From Perkinsus olseni (lineage: Eukaryota): a stretch of DNA of 64,000 nt. Shown here one piece after another: positions 23,492 to 37,300 of the stretch (position 1 is its first letter; each line of letters opens with the position of its first letter). The position numbers and the translations under genes were made by a program. The stretch covers positions 1-64,000 of the forward strand of contig JABANN010000040.1 of assembly GCA_013115125.1 (NCBI GenBank), read 5' to 3'. The notes below the pieces were generated by a model. It was given only the letters and a program-made list of their open reading frames with translations. It did not search any database and was not told where the DNA came from.

Positions 23492-26150
23492 CTAAGCTGG
23501 TTCCCCACAGCGAGGCTAGTCTAACTAAGCCGTACTGTCGGCGTTGGACTTTAGACTCACATGCCGGTCACTACACTGCAGAGAACGCAAATCAACAGAA
23601 CTCCTGAACAACGGTGACGTGGGACATCGGCATCATGTTGGCATGCGTACCGAAGACTTCCTCCGCGGGGGTTTAGAGGCGCTCCTGCCAAGGCGCATAG
23701 TAGCTGATGCATCCAAGAGTCGTTGCAGAGCTGAATTGAAGCCAGCACTGAGCCACGAGGTACTTCCGACCGGAGCAGCCTCGGGGCGGGAGGGCCGGGC
23801 ACGTCTCCTCGTCCTTCTCTCTGGTAGTACAATTTGGGAGCTTGCGCCTCCTCCAGCTTGCGCTGGCTTGGATCGCTTAGATCGGGGCACTCGCTCTGGC
23901 AGGACGATGCAGATCGCTTCGCTGTTGGCAGGACTCTGGGCCGCACAACACTCTGAATCTACCTCTCCATCCGAGCTGACCCACAGAGCCGCAGTATCGG
24001 TGCTGCTAGAGGCGGGGCTCACACCAGCAGCGGTCAGCATTGCGGTGATCAACAGACTGGCCCGCTGGGATGAGGCTGCACTCATGTCGCGGTACCCCCG
24101 TGTTGGCGGTTGTTTGCCAACCCCAACCTCCTCTGACGAGCTGGATTCGCTTATTGAAGCATCATCATTCGCTCCATCGCGTCGTCGTCCGGGGATCTTC
24201 TCGCCGTTCACTGCCTGGGAGTTTTCGGATGTACCGAGTCCGGCGCCGCAGTGCGGACACCGGAAGCTGCGTCCATAGGCTGAAGTCTGCACTCCCTTTT
24301 CTGCTGGACGATGCTCATCTTCGTAAGCATCGTCATTTGGATCAAACGAGAGCCGAGGAGGCGGTGGAGTGGATATGGCGAATACTTTAGCTTGGAAAGG
24401 TAGTGGCACGGGTGCCAGTGCTGAGCCGACAGACTCGGCCCTCTGCTCCTCCCAGTCAGCCACCATCGGCGACGGTTTCATCTCGGTTGCACTGGACTCG
24501 GCTGCGCTTCCTAAGAAGGACTCTATCGCTGCGAGAGCTGAGGAGAAGAGGGCGAATCTGAACGGATCGCTACAGCCTACTGGATACCTCGAGCCTTGCC
24601 GGGTGACGGTGGTGCGCCTCTCCCATGCGTTTCGCTGATTATTGTACTGGTAGTGGACATACAAGAGGCCTGCTCACAACACAACCCGACTGGGGCCGGA
24701 ACACAACGCGGACGGCAGCAGCCAACACTGGTGAATGGTAACGTGGTAAGTGTTCATGTAGCGACCAGGGCATCATCGCCTCCTTCGTCTCCGCGCTGGA
24801 GAGGCTGGAAGAGGAACATAAGCTACAGCAGTTGCAGCACCTAACGTCGAGCGGCGTATGAAGGGAGGGGCCTCTGCCGGCTTCTCGGCCCCCCAGAGCG
24901 TGTTGAACCATGCCGCTGCAGAGTCGATGTAGCTCTCGGATTCATCACCAGCAGTGGTAGTCAGGACTCCATCCGTCACGTGCACGCTGACTCCCGGTGA
25001 AGGGTCCCCTCGAGGACTGTTGGGGGTCCCAGCCTCTCCGCTAGTGCTTCCAGCGAACGAGTTTCGATCGTCCTCGGCACTCTGCTGTTCTTCCACTGTT
25101 TCACTTGCTGACGGTGGCATCGGCTGGATAAGAAGAGAGCTCCTGGCCGCGTCTACCATGGGTGGGTTCTCTCCCAGAGCATCCAACTCCGACCCCGCCC
25201 TTCCGTACTGCGGATCAAACCCTGTTCTCCCCGTTAGTGACAGGATACTTCCATATGCTCCCTCGCCGCCCAAGAGGGAAGGCCGAAGAGGCAGCTCTCC
25301 CTCGCCTGCGGTCACCGATACGCCCTGGTCGGCCCCCTCGAAGTCGGCCCCCATAGCGTCCACAAACCAGTCTGGTGGTGCCGATGGGGCGTCGAGTCCG
25401 TCGAGTATGGTACAGGAGACCGCGGCATTGGCCCGCATGATGCTCTCAGTCTGGACGCTCACTTTTACTTTCTGAGGGGGCCGCTTGAACATGTACGGCG
25501 CAGGAAGTGCGGAGTCGTAGGCCACATCCCCCCACACCCGAGTCTGCGTAGGCCTGCTCACCACGCCCGGTCGCCTCTTTCCCTGCGTGAGGCCTGGGGA
25601 GTTCGGGTTGAACGCCGACCCGCGAGGCTCCAGAGTATCTCTAGGAGAACTCAAGGGGCCCGATTTCGACCTAACTTGACCTCCCGTCGCCACAGTGGTT
25701 CTCAGCCCAACTTCAACCGTTTGCACGCACGCTGAGCTCATCTGCCGGGCCTTCCGGTGATCCCTGCTCGCTACGCGGGCTATCTCGTCTACTATGCACT
25801 TGATAACATGAGGAAAGACATCCCACTGGGCCTGAGGGAGGACCTATCGAGCGGGACGATGACCTCTCCCCGACTCACCGCAGTGTCGCAGCCCATTTGG
25901 TCGATGTAGCTGAGCTGGTGCTCGGCGAGTTTGTTAGCAATGACGAGAACTCTGAGCATCAGCGTGCACAGTTGCGGCGACAGGGGTGAGAGGACTTGGG
26001 GAATGTACTGGGAGAGCTGCTCCCAGTCCCGAACCTCCCTCAGGCCGACCGGGCCTGCTGGAGGGACTGCCCCCGAGTAGAATAGCGAGGGGATGGTGGA
26101 GGGCATAGGACAACTGAAAGCCTTCCTCGAGCTCCGCTTGGGAACCAAAA
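23492..26150 (-). CDS. Hypothetical protein B: helical domain plus disordered region with VQT/TQT motifs
   Basis: ORFs 25792-26148, 24773-25741 and 23633-24664 joined by GT-AG introns; domain DWEQLSQYIPQVLSPLSPQLCTLMLRVL...LAEHQLSYID. May be the second half of the gene upstream. Confidence 0.6.
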
Positions 26151-26199
26151 TCGCAGTGGAGCTGATGACGACAAGCCATGGTACATGGTACGGTAAGAC

Positions 26200-28092
26200 G
26201 GATGGTAAGCATCTCTAGGAGACTCTACTTATTGGCACCTCTCCTCCTCTGGAAGGCTGAGACAGAGTTGGGGAGGACGATAGGGTCCTGGATGGACGGG
26301 CCTGAGGAGATAAAAATGGTTCGGAAGAAGCGCACGTCAACACTTACCTGATTCGGGAGGCTGCTGGTCCCTCTCTCGTGACGATGAGAAGTAGCGGGAC
26401 ACCGCTGATGTGATCTGCATCACGCGCGCCCCTTCGACCTCTCCCTCCCTTGAAGTCACTCTCAACGTTGAACTGCTAATCCGTCTCCGCTGTGATCGCT
26501 TTCTCTTAGAGGGAGGCGGATCTTGCCATAGCCCCGAGACCCAGGTAGTTAACATATTCGCGTACTTGTCAACGGCCTGCTGCTGCTCAACTTCTGCACC
26601 TTCAGCGTCCTCGAGGGAGGACTCGTGCCAGGATGAGATATCGGACCCCGCCTTCTTGCTCTGTGGATGAGCTTGAGGCGGCGGGAGGGGAAGCGCTACA
26701 ACCACCTGCTGCTGGCCCGGAGCTTCCCGATCGAAGGAAGCTCGAGCTCTCGAGCTCACGGGAATGACCGTTGTGTTATCATCCCCTTCTATTGCGCTGC
26801 CCCCATGAGCGTCTGCGTGAGAGGACACCCTCGCATCGGAGGGCCGGGGGCACTGATCAACCTCGCCAGAGGCCCTGCGGGCGCAAGAGGAACTTCCACC
26901 TGCTCGCTTCGTTCCAGCATCAACAGCCACAGCACTTGTCGAGGAGGGAACTCGCCTGTGGACCAGGCCTCCTTCCTCCGGTCGGGCCGGGGCCTTCACA
27001 TCTAACGAAGGGTTGCGCTGTGACTTCCCAACTCCTTCCATTAGCTTCGAGCGTCCACCATTCGCCTCCACCATGTCCACCAGCACTGCATCGTTGTTCG
27101 CCAAGGTGGTAGAGTTCTCCGGAGCTGCTCGACCTACTGCTGCCTCGGTCACGCGTGGCGAGGCTTGACTTGGTGATGCCTCCTTCCCTCTCAATGCACC
27201 CGTGTGAGCTCGATTGAGAGCGCTGTTGACGCTGCAGTGTAGAGTGAAGGGCCCTGACTCCCCGCCGAGGCTAGCCAACCCCTCGGATCTGTCTCGTTCC
27301 GAGCAACGTTCAATTTCCATCTCAGTACCCGCGTGGCCGCCGGCAGTCTGAACACTACTGTCGGCTAACTGAGGGAACGGAATCGTCCCCGCCTCACGTA
27401 CGATAGCGATCGCGCTGATACCGAGACTACGCGTCGCCAACATGGATGAAGTACCCACGCTTCGGCAGGGCTTCTTCGTGAGGGTGGGCCGCCGGATGCA
27501 GCGCCGGCACGGAAGGTCGGCCTGGGATTCGGCCGCTTGCCGCTTTTGAGGGGCTACCATCGTATTTGTGCCCCGGGTAACCGTGGGCCGAAAGTCGAGA
27601 GGATCCTCCCTGGCCGTGGACGGTGTTTGGTCTCGAGGCTCCGTCTCCCTAGCGCTGGAAGGCACAATCACCTTGGGCTCGAATTTGCCGCTCTTTAAGG
27701 GAGCCGTCTGGACGCCACGCGTCAAGGCCTTGGTACTGGACTGGCGCGCTGAAAGGTCCGCGAGGGCCTTACTAGCCGCTACTGTTGCAGTCTTCCGATG
27801 CTGGCAAACGATGACCACCTCGTCCACGATACACTTGAGGACGCACGGAAAGATCTCCCACTGGGCCTGAAAGATGCCACAGCATTCGAGCGGCGGTTGC
27901 AAGTAGCACTACCGCTGTCTCCTTATCCAGAACCTCGATGTGGTTCAGTTGGTGCCAAGCCAGCCGCTCAACCACCTCCATCAGCCGCAGCATAAGAGAG
28001 CACAACGGCGGCGCCCTCCGTCCCAACGCCCGGGGTATGTACCGGGCCAGGGCGCTCCAATCCTCGGGATCGTCAGTGCTCAGTCGTGACAT
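26200..28092 (-). CDS. Hypothetical protein A, paralogous to the adjacent protein B
   Basis: MSRLSTDDPEDWSALARYIPRALGRRAPPLCSLMLRLMEVVERLAWHQLNHIE followed by the 521-aa ORF 26337-27902. Confidence 0.6.
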
Positions 28093-28399
28093 TCTACAGA
28101 ACCAAATGACCAAGCAAACCTGAGGTTGAAGCTTGCTCCAAACAGAGACTACTGCCCTCGGGACACCCGACCTAGAGCGAATCCGAGGTTGAAGCGTGCT
28201 CTGAACAGAGAGCACTGCCCTTGAAATTGACAACGCGGTAGATATGGTATCATTGATCGAAAACAAATACGTTGTAATAGTCCACAGTTGGTGAAACCTT
28301 AGAAGGGAAAAGAAGGTCTACCGAAGGCCTCCAGCAATCGAGGACATCAGCCGTAGGTCCGCAGCAGCAGCAGCACTCTGTCGGCTAGACCTACTGAGG

Positions 28400-31300
28400 G
28401 AGCCGATCGAAGGGTTTCTCACCGTCCAGAGAGGCTTACCGAAAAAGCAAGTCGGTCACTACGAGGTAGCCAAAACGTGGAGAGGTGATGGCGTAGGTGG
28501 TCCTGAATGTATGATAGACCACAGGCCGAGTGATGGAGCACCTCACATCTGGCTTCCTCCTCTCCACTTAATGGCGTGAAGTCGTCGTTGAGGTCGTCAC
28601 CGAAGACCCAGTACGTTGCAGCCCTCATGGTCGGAGAGTCGGGGTCGGATATCGGGCAGGCGTTAGGGTTGAAACCGTACCTGCAGGAAGCGCAGCATGG
28701 ACAGAGCTGACGTTGGCTGAAGCTGCAGAGCCTCCCCAGCGGGCCTTACACAGAGCAGTCGGTCATGTGGCCTACGGTCACTTGCCAGGCCGCTTGATGA
28801 GTGATGATCCAATTCCTCACGTACTGCGCTTCCCTGTTCGAGCTCAATTGGAGGAACCACTGGAGGGCGGTAGCACTCGAAGGGCCGCTCCCCGAGCCAT
28901 TGGTCACGGGCGTGACATACATCTGAAAAGAAAAGAGGTATGCCGGGGACAGTCTCTCAACCTTGTCTGACCTCAATGACTCTGCCACCGACCAAGTTCA
29001 CCAACGTCTGCCTTTGCCATTCACAGTCGACAGCAAGCGGGCACCGGACCATCACGCAGGACCCTGCTCCGCCAACGCCGCTTTCCTGGGAAGGAAAACG
29101 CATAGCGAGACGGAGAAGCGGCAGGCTAGCGATGCTCACCTCGCCGTCAGAAACGAAGAGCTTGTCGGCCGGCAAAGCAAAGCGCCTTATTGCTGGCATT
29201 AAATTCTTCACTCTAACTTGGAACATAGTCGTGGAGGACGAGTCCGCAGCAGCACCACCACCGATGTTGCTTCCGTCGAACGACATACCATAACTTTCGC
29301 TCATCGCGCCTGTATCAAAGCCGCGAGGTTCGAAGGCAGAGCAGGGTGCAGTCAGTGGGGAGGCATTGTTCATGAAATGCTGGGCACTCCGGATACTCCC
29401 GCCACCCGAGCCTGCCGACGGTGTTGCCGGCTGCTGCTGCTGTCCCAGTAAGGGCCCCCTCCAGGCCTCCCTCATCGCCGCAGGAGGACCCCATACGGGT
29501 TCCGGCAGGGAAGACGGAGGCCCCTGGAGCCAAAGGGAGGGGTCAGGGTTAGGGAACGGAGCGAAGGAGGGATGCTCGATGTTGGGCAGGGGCTCCCAGA
29601 CACTGCGAGATGGCGATGTATCCGATGTTATACCACCAGAGGTCACCGACTTCGGTCGTGTCGCTGGAGGGGCTGATGCCGGTCCTTCCTGGCGGTTCTT
29701 GGCGGCCACGGCGGGCGTTGCAGGCAACGGCAGACCGGCAAGCTTCGGCGAGCCGCTGACGACACTGCCAGGGGTCAGGTCACGGACGGGTGGAAGCTGC
29801 GGAGGCGGCGGTGGAGGGGGAGGAGGGGTTACCGGGGGCTGCTTCTGTTGGGGCGTCACTTGTCGGGGTAACGCTTTCTCTGGTCTCTCCGCCTTGACAG
29901 GGGTCTTCTCCACAGCCTTCGCCTTCACCTGAGGCTTCTTCTTCTCAGGAGAATCATCAGCCACCTTGCGAGCAGGCGGCGAGGGCATCGTCGCAATCGT
30001 TGGTGGAGGAGCCTTCTTAGCTGGCCGCGCCGGTGTCGATGCGGGAGGAGCCGTCCCCGCTGGCTTCTGCACCTCCTTCGCTGCTCTCTGCTGAGCTTCC
30101 GAGGCCGCCGCTAAAGCCGCTTTCTTCTCCAGTATTTGCTTTGCCTTCTGCTCGGCCATCATCTGCTGATGCCGCTTCTTCTTGCTTTGTACGGCACACC
30201 AAGCCATATCAGCCGACCGCTGGGCCGCCTCGGTAGGACTGATCGCCGCTGCCGGAGGCTCTACCGTAGGCAGTGGCTGTAGCAAGGAAGCGGCTCGTTC
30301 CGTTGCAGAATGCTTATACTTGCCGCTATGGACGATGAGCTCGAGGTCGCTGTCCTCGTCACCGCTCTCCTCCAACGCACTCCCCTTCATGGAGGCCGTC
30401 TCTGCCTTGCCACTGGTGGCCAGAGAAGAATCATCATCATCCAGCACCTCCGAAACCATCGTCGTGGAGGCCTTCTTCTTCTTAGTCTGCTTCCGAGCCT
30501 GTGGCTGCTGTACCGTCTGATGCCTCCAACCCGCGCTTGCCGTCGATAGCTCCAAAGCACGCTTGCGGTCCCTCTCCGCGATACGAGTTTCCAGCACCAG
30601 CAGCCACTGCGCGTAGATCGACTTGGCCCTGCTCACAGTGTTCTGCTGCCATGCCTTAGAGTTAGGCTCTACTGTTGAGGATGCACAGTAGGCCGCCATC
30701 CACTTGTTCAACTCGTCGACGGACCCCCAGGCTCGGATGCAGGCATGCCACCACAGGTGGTCCTTCGGTATGCTGGCTGCTGTGACCTCGTTGCTGCTGT
30801 TGTGATGTGCTGCTGCACCGCCCTTCTTTTTCGACCCTCCCTTTCTCTTTCCACCCTTCTTGGCAGCTCCTGCGAGACTTCCAGTCCAGGCCTGCTCGAT
30901 CTGTGCTGGCAGAGGTGGTGCGTTGGAGACGCTACCCGATGCCGCCATGACCTGCGGCGTCGGTAGCACGGTAGCAAACTTCTGCTTCAGCACATTCATC
31001 GACAGCTTCACATCCTTCTTCACCAGACCACTTATGACGTGGCGAGGCGTGCAGATGAGCTTCCCGACACAGCCGGGCGTGTAGACGCAGTCCTCGCTCT
31101 GGCGGTCCCGTACGAGATTTTGAATGCACATATCGTGGAAGGCCCGTTCTGGGTGGCAGCCCTCACTGCAACGGACTCGGGCAGGATGGAGTGCCGTCCC
31201 GAGAGGCATGTCACACTTGAAGCACCGGGGCCCTTGGACGACCCTTCGGACGTGCTCCTGGATGCTCTCCACCGAGGCCGAGTCGATGAGCTGCTCCGGG

Positions 31301-34300
31301 GTCAGCTGGCGGCCTATGGGACCAGTGAGGACACTACTGCCGGTGGTACGTGTAACGTGCCAGCCCGAGTCTAGAATCTTCCCCTTCGCTGTAGACGAGC
31401 CCGCATTGGCCTGAGGCAAGGAAGATCCCCAACCTTCTCACGGGAGGGATGCCCACCTTCTCCTCCGCATTGGCTGTGGCATCCGTTGCTGCGGCCTTCT
31501 CTCCAACTGCCTTCTTAGCAGCTTTCGCCTAAAGGCCACCGACTACTCAGGAGACGGCAGCAATGAAGGACATACCTGTGGCCTCGAGGGAGCCATCTGG
31601 CGCTGATGTTCCTTGCACAGCCCCTCCATGGCGTCATCCAACTTAGCCGCCGCCTCCGCGATATACCTCTCCGCGACTCTCAGCTCACCGGGAGTAGCAG
31701 CGCCCAGCGTTGCAGCCAACTGATAGTACCATCATACGCTCTACGACGAGTAAGGTGGGGAGATGGACTACCTGGGTCGCCGAGAGAGTGCCGCCTGACG
31801 TAGTGGCAGCTAGCAAGGAACTAGTCCTCGGGACCAGTATCTGCGAAAGAGTCATGGTCTGCCCTGATGGAATGTGGGGGTATCACCTTTCTTTTAACGG
31901 CAGTTACTGGAGGGATGGTATCGGGCAACGCAGCCTCCGCTGGCGGAGCGGGGGTCTCCTCGTGAATACTGTCCTGTTGAATAGTGCCTGGCAGCAGAGG
32001 CGTGCGAACCTCTCAGCGTGAGATGAGAGAACTGATGACCTGGCGACATGAAGATGAGAATATCGCCGTCGATGATCCTCTCCTCCCTCACAGTACGGTC
32101 CACATCACGCTTGATGGTTTGGCGAACATTCATCTCCTCCCACACCTGCTCCCAGGCATGATTGAGTAGGGCGAGGACGCTATCAAGCCGCTACCTCGAC
32201 AGCCTCGGCATCGCTGTCGGCTGCTTCGGCGATGGTGGCACCGTCTGGAGTATGGCTGCTGATCTTAGCCCGCACCGCGGGGAAGTAGTCACGGAGTCTG
32301 CACCGAGTGTCCAGCGTGACCAAGCCTATTGATATTAGTCGTAGCGTCTGAGGACAGTACTGATACTCCAATAGAAAAACTTGACTTCTCCTCACCTTGG
32401 GATGGACGAACTTCACCCACACTGTGGCCTCCTCTGTGACCATTGGTGGACTCTGTTGCGCCGCGGACGACTGCTTCGACAGCTGCCTCGGAGACGTCGG
32501 GCGATTCATCATACACAACACCTACACAGGCGTTGCCTTCTACGCTACAGGCGTGGTGACGACCCACCACAACGTGGCCGATTGTATTAGAGTTGGGCTG
32601 ATGCCCCAATCGGTCGCTCCTCGATGACTGCTGCTGCTGCTGTTTCTGCTGGGCCGGTGTAGCTGCCACCGGCTGCTGCTGCTGCTGCTGGGGCTGTTGC
32701 TGTTGCTGCTGTAGCGGTTGCTTCTGCTGCTGCTGCTGCTTGCCTGCCGTGCCCTGCTGTTGTTGCTGACTAGCCAGCGCCGCCTGGTGTGCCGCGGCTT
32801 GGACCGTCGAGGGCATGTAGGATGCGATCTGGACAAAGAAACCGTCACCACCCTTCATGAAGGTCATCACGACTCACCATCCTAGACGGTGTCATCAGTT
32901 CGAACCTTTCCTGATGGGTATCAGCGTAATAGCGCAGCGCGAAGAGCCTCTGCATGTGCTTCGGTATCTTAAAGTGTTCTTCAACCTGCCCAAGGCCGCG
33001 ACTATCGAGAGACCCCCATCACTTGACACCGCCTACCGCTTTCATCAACCTCTCTACCGGTATGTCCTTCCGCACCAGGAACTTCCTCCCCTTATGCGGA
33101 AACATGCCGTTGAGATAGTAACCATCGACCTGAACGGCTACACTGGCGAGAAGCCTGACGAGGAGGTGGGCCTACGTTGGTCAGCTGACCCTCGGTGACT
33201 AGGGTGACCTCAATCTGCATAGACGCCGATGCTGCAGCCGCCAGAGCAGCGGCTTTGACTGAAAGGGCGCAGCTCAGCCTGTTGGTAGACCACACGAGAG
33301 CACTTACTGTCCTGATTGGACTGGCCGCCGTTCTGCTCAGCTCGGGCCTGTGTTAGAGCCAGCTGGTCGTAGATGAGAGGAGAGTGCGCCGCCGGATGCA
33401 GGGCGTGATCCCGAGCCACCAGCTGATGACACTGCAGATGTATCGGCTGAGGCAACGCGCAAGTCAACACAACACATTGGAGTGGTCCGGCAGCACCTTG
33501 TGGAGACCGATCTTCTTCGGCAGCCCCGCCGTGACTTCAGCATACAAGCTGGGCCGAATGTGCCTGAGCCGAAGCGGTTAGGTGACGAAGAAGGCTACAC
33601 CATTACCACCCACCTGAAGTCCACCCCGCGCTCATACAGACGATCTTCCTGGTCCTCCCGTACGTAGCAGAGGCCCACACAGGCCCACTCCGGTGAGAAC
33701 ACCCATTCTGTGCAATGGAAGCCATCTTGGAGGACCTGGGCAACGACCTAGCAGTCTCATGACAGAGGCATGTTGAAGGCGTCGTACCTCCCTGTAACCG
33801 TCGTCAATCCGACACCAGCGGCCTCTCCGACTCTGTCGGACTAGGACGTAGTAGTGGCCGACACCAAGGCCTTCAGAATCAGTAGCTCCACAGACGTTGG
33901 TACAGAACGTGACAGAATGAAGACGATAGCGGAACTCCGAGGTCGCGGCGCGGCCTCCATCCTGAGGGAGAGTGACTGTTGCCGGGAAATCACACGCCGG
34001 ACCCCTCCTCCTAGTACCACTCGAGCCGACAGTGCAACCGCTGGGCTGTCCTCCTCGCCGGAGCTGCTGACGCTAGCCCTCTCACACGTGTCGTCACTCT
34101 CGCTGCCCCTGACAGAAAAAGGGCTTCCCCCTTGCAGCTCACTGCAGCTGCACCGCTCACCCTTTTCGCCCCTCCCCGCTTCGTGACGTTGTCGGAGATC
34201 CCTGACACAAGATCCCCGTGCCATAGCAGCATCTGGCTCGCCACCCAGAGTACCGTCCGACTCAGCTGTTGATAGCGCTGGCTAGCCGCCTCCACTACTA

Positions 34301-37300
34301 CTGGGTCCATATACGGCGTGAAGTCCAGTTGCTCCGATATATCCAACCTGATCGAACTGCTGATGCCCAGCGGCCTCCGCCCTGTCGTCTCACCTTTCCT
34401 TTATTTTATTAATAAACTGTAAGTGCAGGATCGGCGGTATATTAATGAACTGGCACGAGCGTCTACTCCCCGACCCGTCTTCTGAAAGTTGGACATCATC
34501 CGACGCGCCGCTGCCGCCTAACCCTAGTGTCACCTTCACCACCCACAGTGACACCATCCACGGCAGCATTGCCACCACAGCAAGCCCCTCCGCCCCCGCC
34601 CCCGCCGGCAGCATTGCGGTGCTCTGCTGTGCTCATAGGGTTCTGCGTCCAGCAGGAGAGATGCTTCTCGATCGAACCTACAGGAGCGTCATCCGAGCCG
34701 CAGTAAAGGGAGGAGATGGAGGCTTACTGCTCTTGCCGTTATTAAAACGCAGATGGCTGAACGAGTATGCCTCACTGGTCGTTGGCCCGGCTGATGATGA
34801 TGACGTGGCCGAATCTCGATCCTACAGGCAGGAGTCCCCTCGGGAAGCAGCGGACGGCGCCCTCACCTCAGCGTGGTGGTGGGCGTGGTGATGATTGCCA
34901 CGACCAGATGCAGCGGACGACCTCGATTCGGAGTCCTAACATGAGCCAGTCCACCACCCCAGACCCATGCTGAGCCCTACTACCTGGCTGGATGCTGAGT
35001 AGACCGCCCACCCCTGGAAAAGATCAGCCAGGCGCTCCCACGCCGTCTTCGATATCAAACTGAGGAGACCGCCGAGTTACAGGGAGCAGCTGCCAACGGC
35101 AACTCGACTAACCTCGCGTGCTTCTGTAGCTTGTCGAAGAAACTGGAGTAGATCCTCTCGGGGGAGACGCTACAGTTGGGCCCATCAAGGCCCAGGGCTT
35201 TGATGACACCCGAGGTGTCGATGACTTGGCAAGTGCACGGTATCGGATAATCGCTCTCAGAGGGAATATCTCCCGAACCCTTCTGAAGCAAGTCGGACTT
35301 TCGTGGCGCGCGAAAAAACCCGGACCACCTTAGCGTTGTCTTTGACGTTGGCTCCATTGCATATGCGACAGAAACCGCTCTCGTCCTGCTGCATCTCCAT
35401 GCGGGCAAACAGTAGCTGCAGCTCCCGAATCAGACACGGCTGCGGCGGCGGCGGAGGGGTCTCCTCGGGATCGCCTAACCCAGCAGTACAGATAACAATA
35501 TTCCAAACAACCGAGCTTCGCTCCGCTAGGATTTTATCACCTCCATCATCCCCCTGGTGCCCTTTCTTATCACCACCATCTCCATCAGAGCCTCCCTTCC
35601 TCTTCTTCAAGTACTCCACAATCTCCTCTCGGAGTAGCTGCTGTTTATGTAGCATATAGTCAACGCACTGACAAGGCACGTCGTCCACGACGTCAGATAT
35701 CGGGCACTCCCCCCCCACGACCTTATTCAGCTTTCGCATGACACTCCTCAACATCAGCTGGTGCTTCTGTAGATCCCCAAACTTAGGATGGGGCATCCTT
35801 CTCTTCTCGCACGACAGCAACTCGTCTACGATTTCCATAAGTTGCTCGATCACAACTCGGGACTAAGGAAACCGACTTCGGAGCCGCTGCAGCTGCCGCT
35901 GCTACGCCCACCTTTCTGAACCTCCCCAGCAGGTGGCGCTCCATCTCCTCGAATTTTCTAGCAGCTCTCGCGCCTAAAGCCAACCCACTACCGCCAATCC
36001 ACCCGGAGCATGATCCCACCTCTATCGCTTGGGTTGCCACCTGCCCGATCTTCCGCTGTTGGCACCGCTGGGCGCCTCTGGGACGACAGCAACTCCCTCT
36101 CGGCCACCCGAGCGTACTCGGACCTGGCCATCATCACAGTGGCACCTTACCGTCCAAGCAAAAGCCTACTTTCCTGTGACCAATTCCATTATCAATCTGA
36201 GGTCGCCACAGACCCCCTCCAAGTCCCCCTCGATGGACTGTAGCGAATCCACCCTTTCCTCGATGTACGCTGCCGCCTCGGAGTCCTCACTACCTAGATC
36301 CGGTATCCTGAAAGCAGCAAGCTTCAATCACTGCAGGCCTCGCGGAGCTGCGGTCACCACCCGTTTTTAAAGGTGGCGTCGAGATCCGGACCGCTGCCTG
36401 GCTTGGTGTCAATACTGTAGATCGCCTGATCGTAATTCGAACGATGAAGGTCCCACTGGCGGCGGCAGTAGTACCTTGCGGACCGCAGGGATGTAGAAGA
36501 GGCTCTGAAGGAGGGAGTTGATATGATCCGTGGCCAACACGTTGGAAAGCAGGGCGCCGCCAAAGTTGCCAGGGCGGGGGGCCCAATCGCAGTCACAGCC
36601 CAACTTAGTGCAGCTAGCACTACTGCTGCCATCACCACCTGACAGGAGCCTCCATGAGCTTCCACACGCTTCGTCGACATCCCCACCCCCGGCAGCGTCC
36701 CCCTCTTCCCCCTCTCCGTGCCCCTCCTCCTCCTCATCCCCATCCTCTTCTTCCTCCATCATGGCCACTGCCCAGAGGGCCTCTCTGTACTCTGGTGACA
36801 TCGGATGACGCGACCAGGAGTCGTGGGCCATAGACCGCGTGAGAGGCCCAACACTCAGTGGGTGGGCGAACCGGGGGTAACTAAACCCCGGCAATTGACG
36901 ACCTTCCTACGAACCCCTCCATCCTTACACGCTGGCTCGTATCACCAGTGTACCGTCCGAGCTGAGATAGCCGTCCCTTCTATTAACGAACCTAGGGGGA
37001 TGGTGAGAGTCCTACCCTACTGAGGATGGGCAGTACCTTGTGTCTAGTAGAGTGTGCCAACCTCGGTCCGGACAGACGTAGCTGAAGGTCCAGGTGTCGG
37101 TCTTGGTGTAAGGGAACTTGTGCTTAGTATTCATGACAGATATCTTATAGTAGACACAGGGACAGCACCTGCAGTAACGCCATGACCGCTCCTTCAAGGG
37201 GAGGCAACAACTACTACTACTATTACCAGTCAGGCGGATAGGGTTCAAGTGGCTCCTCATCATCATCATCAGCCTTTACGGAATTAGTTGTGACCATGGG

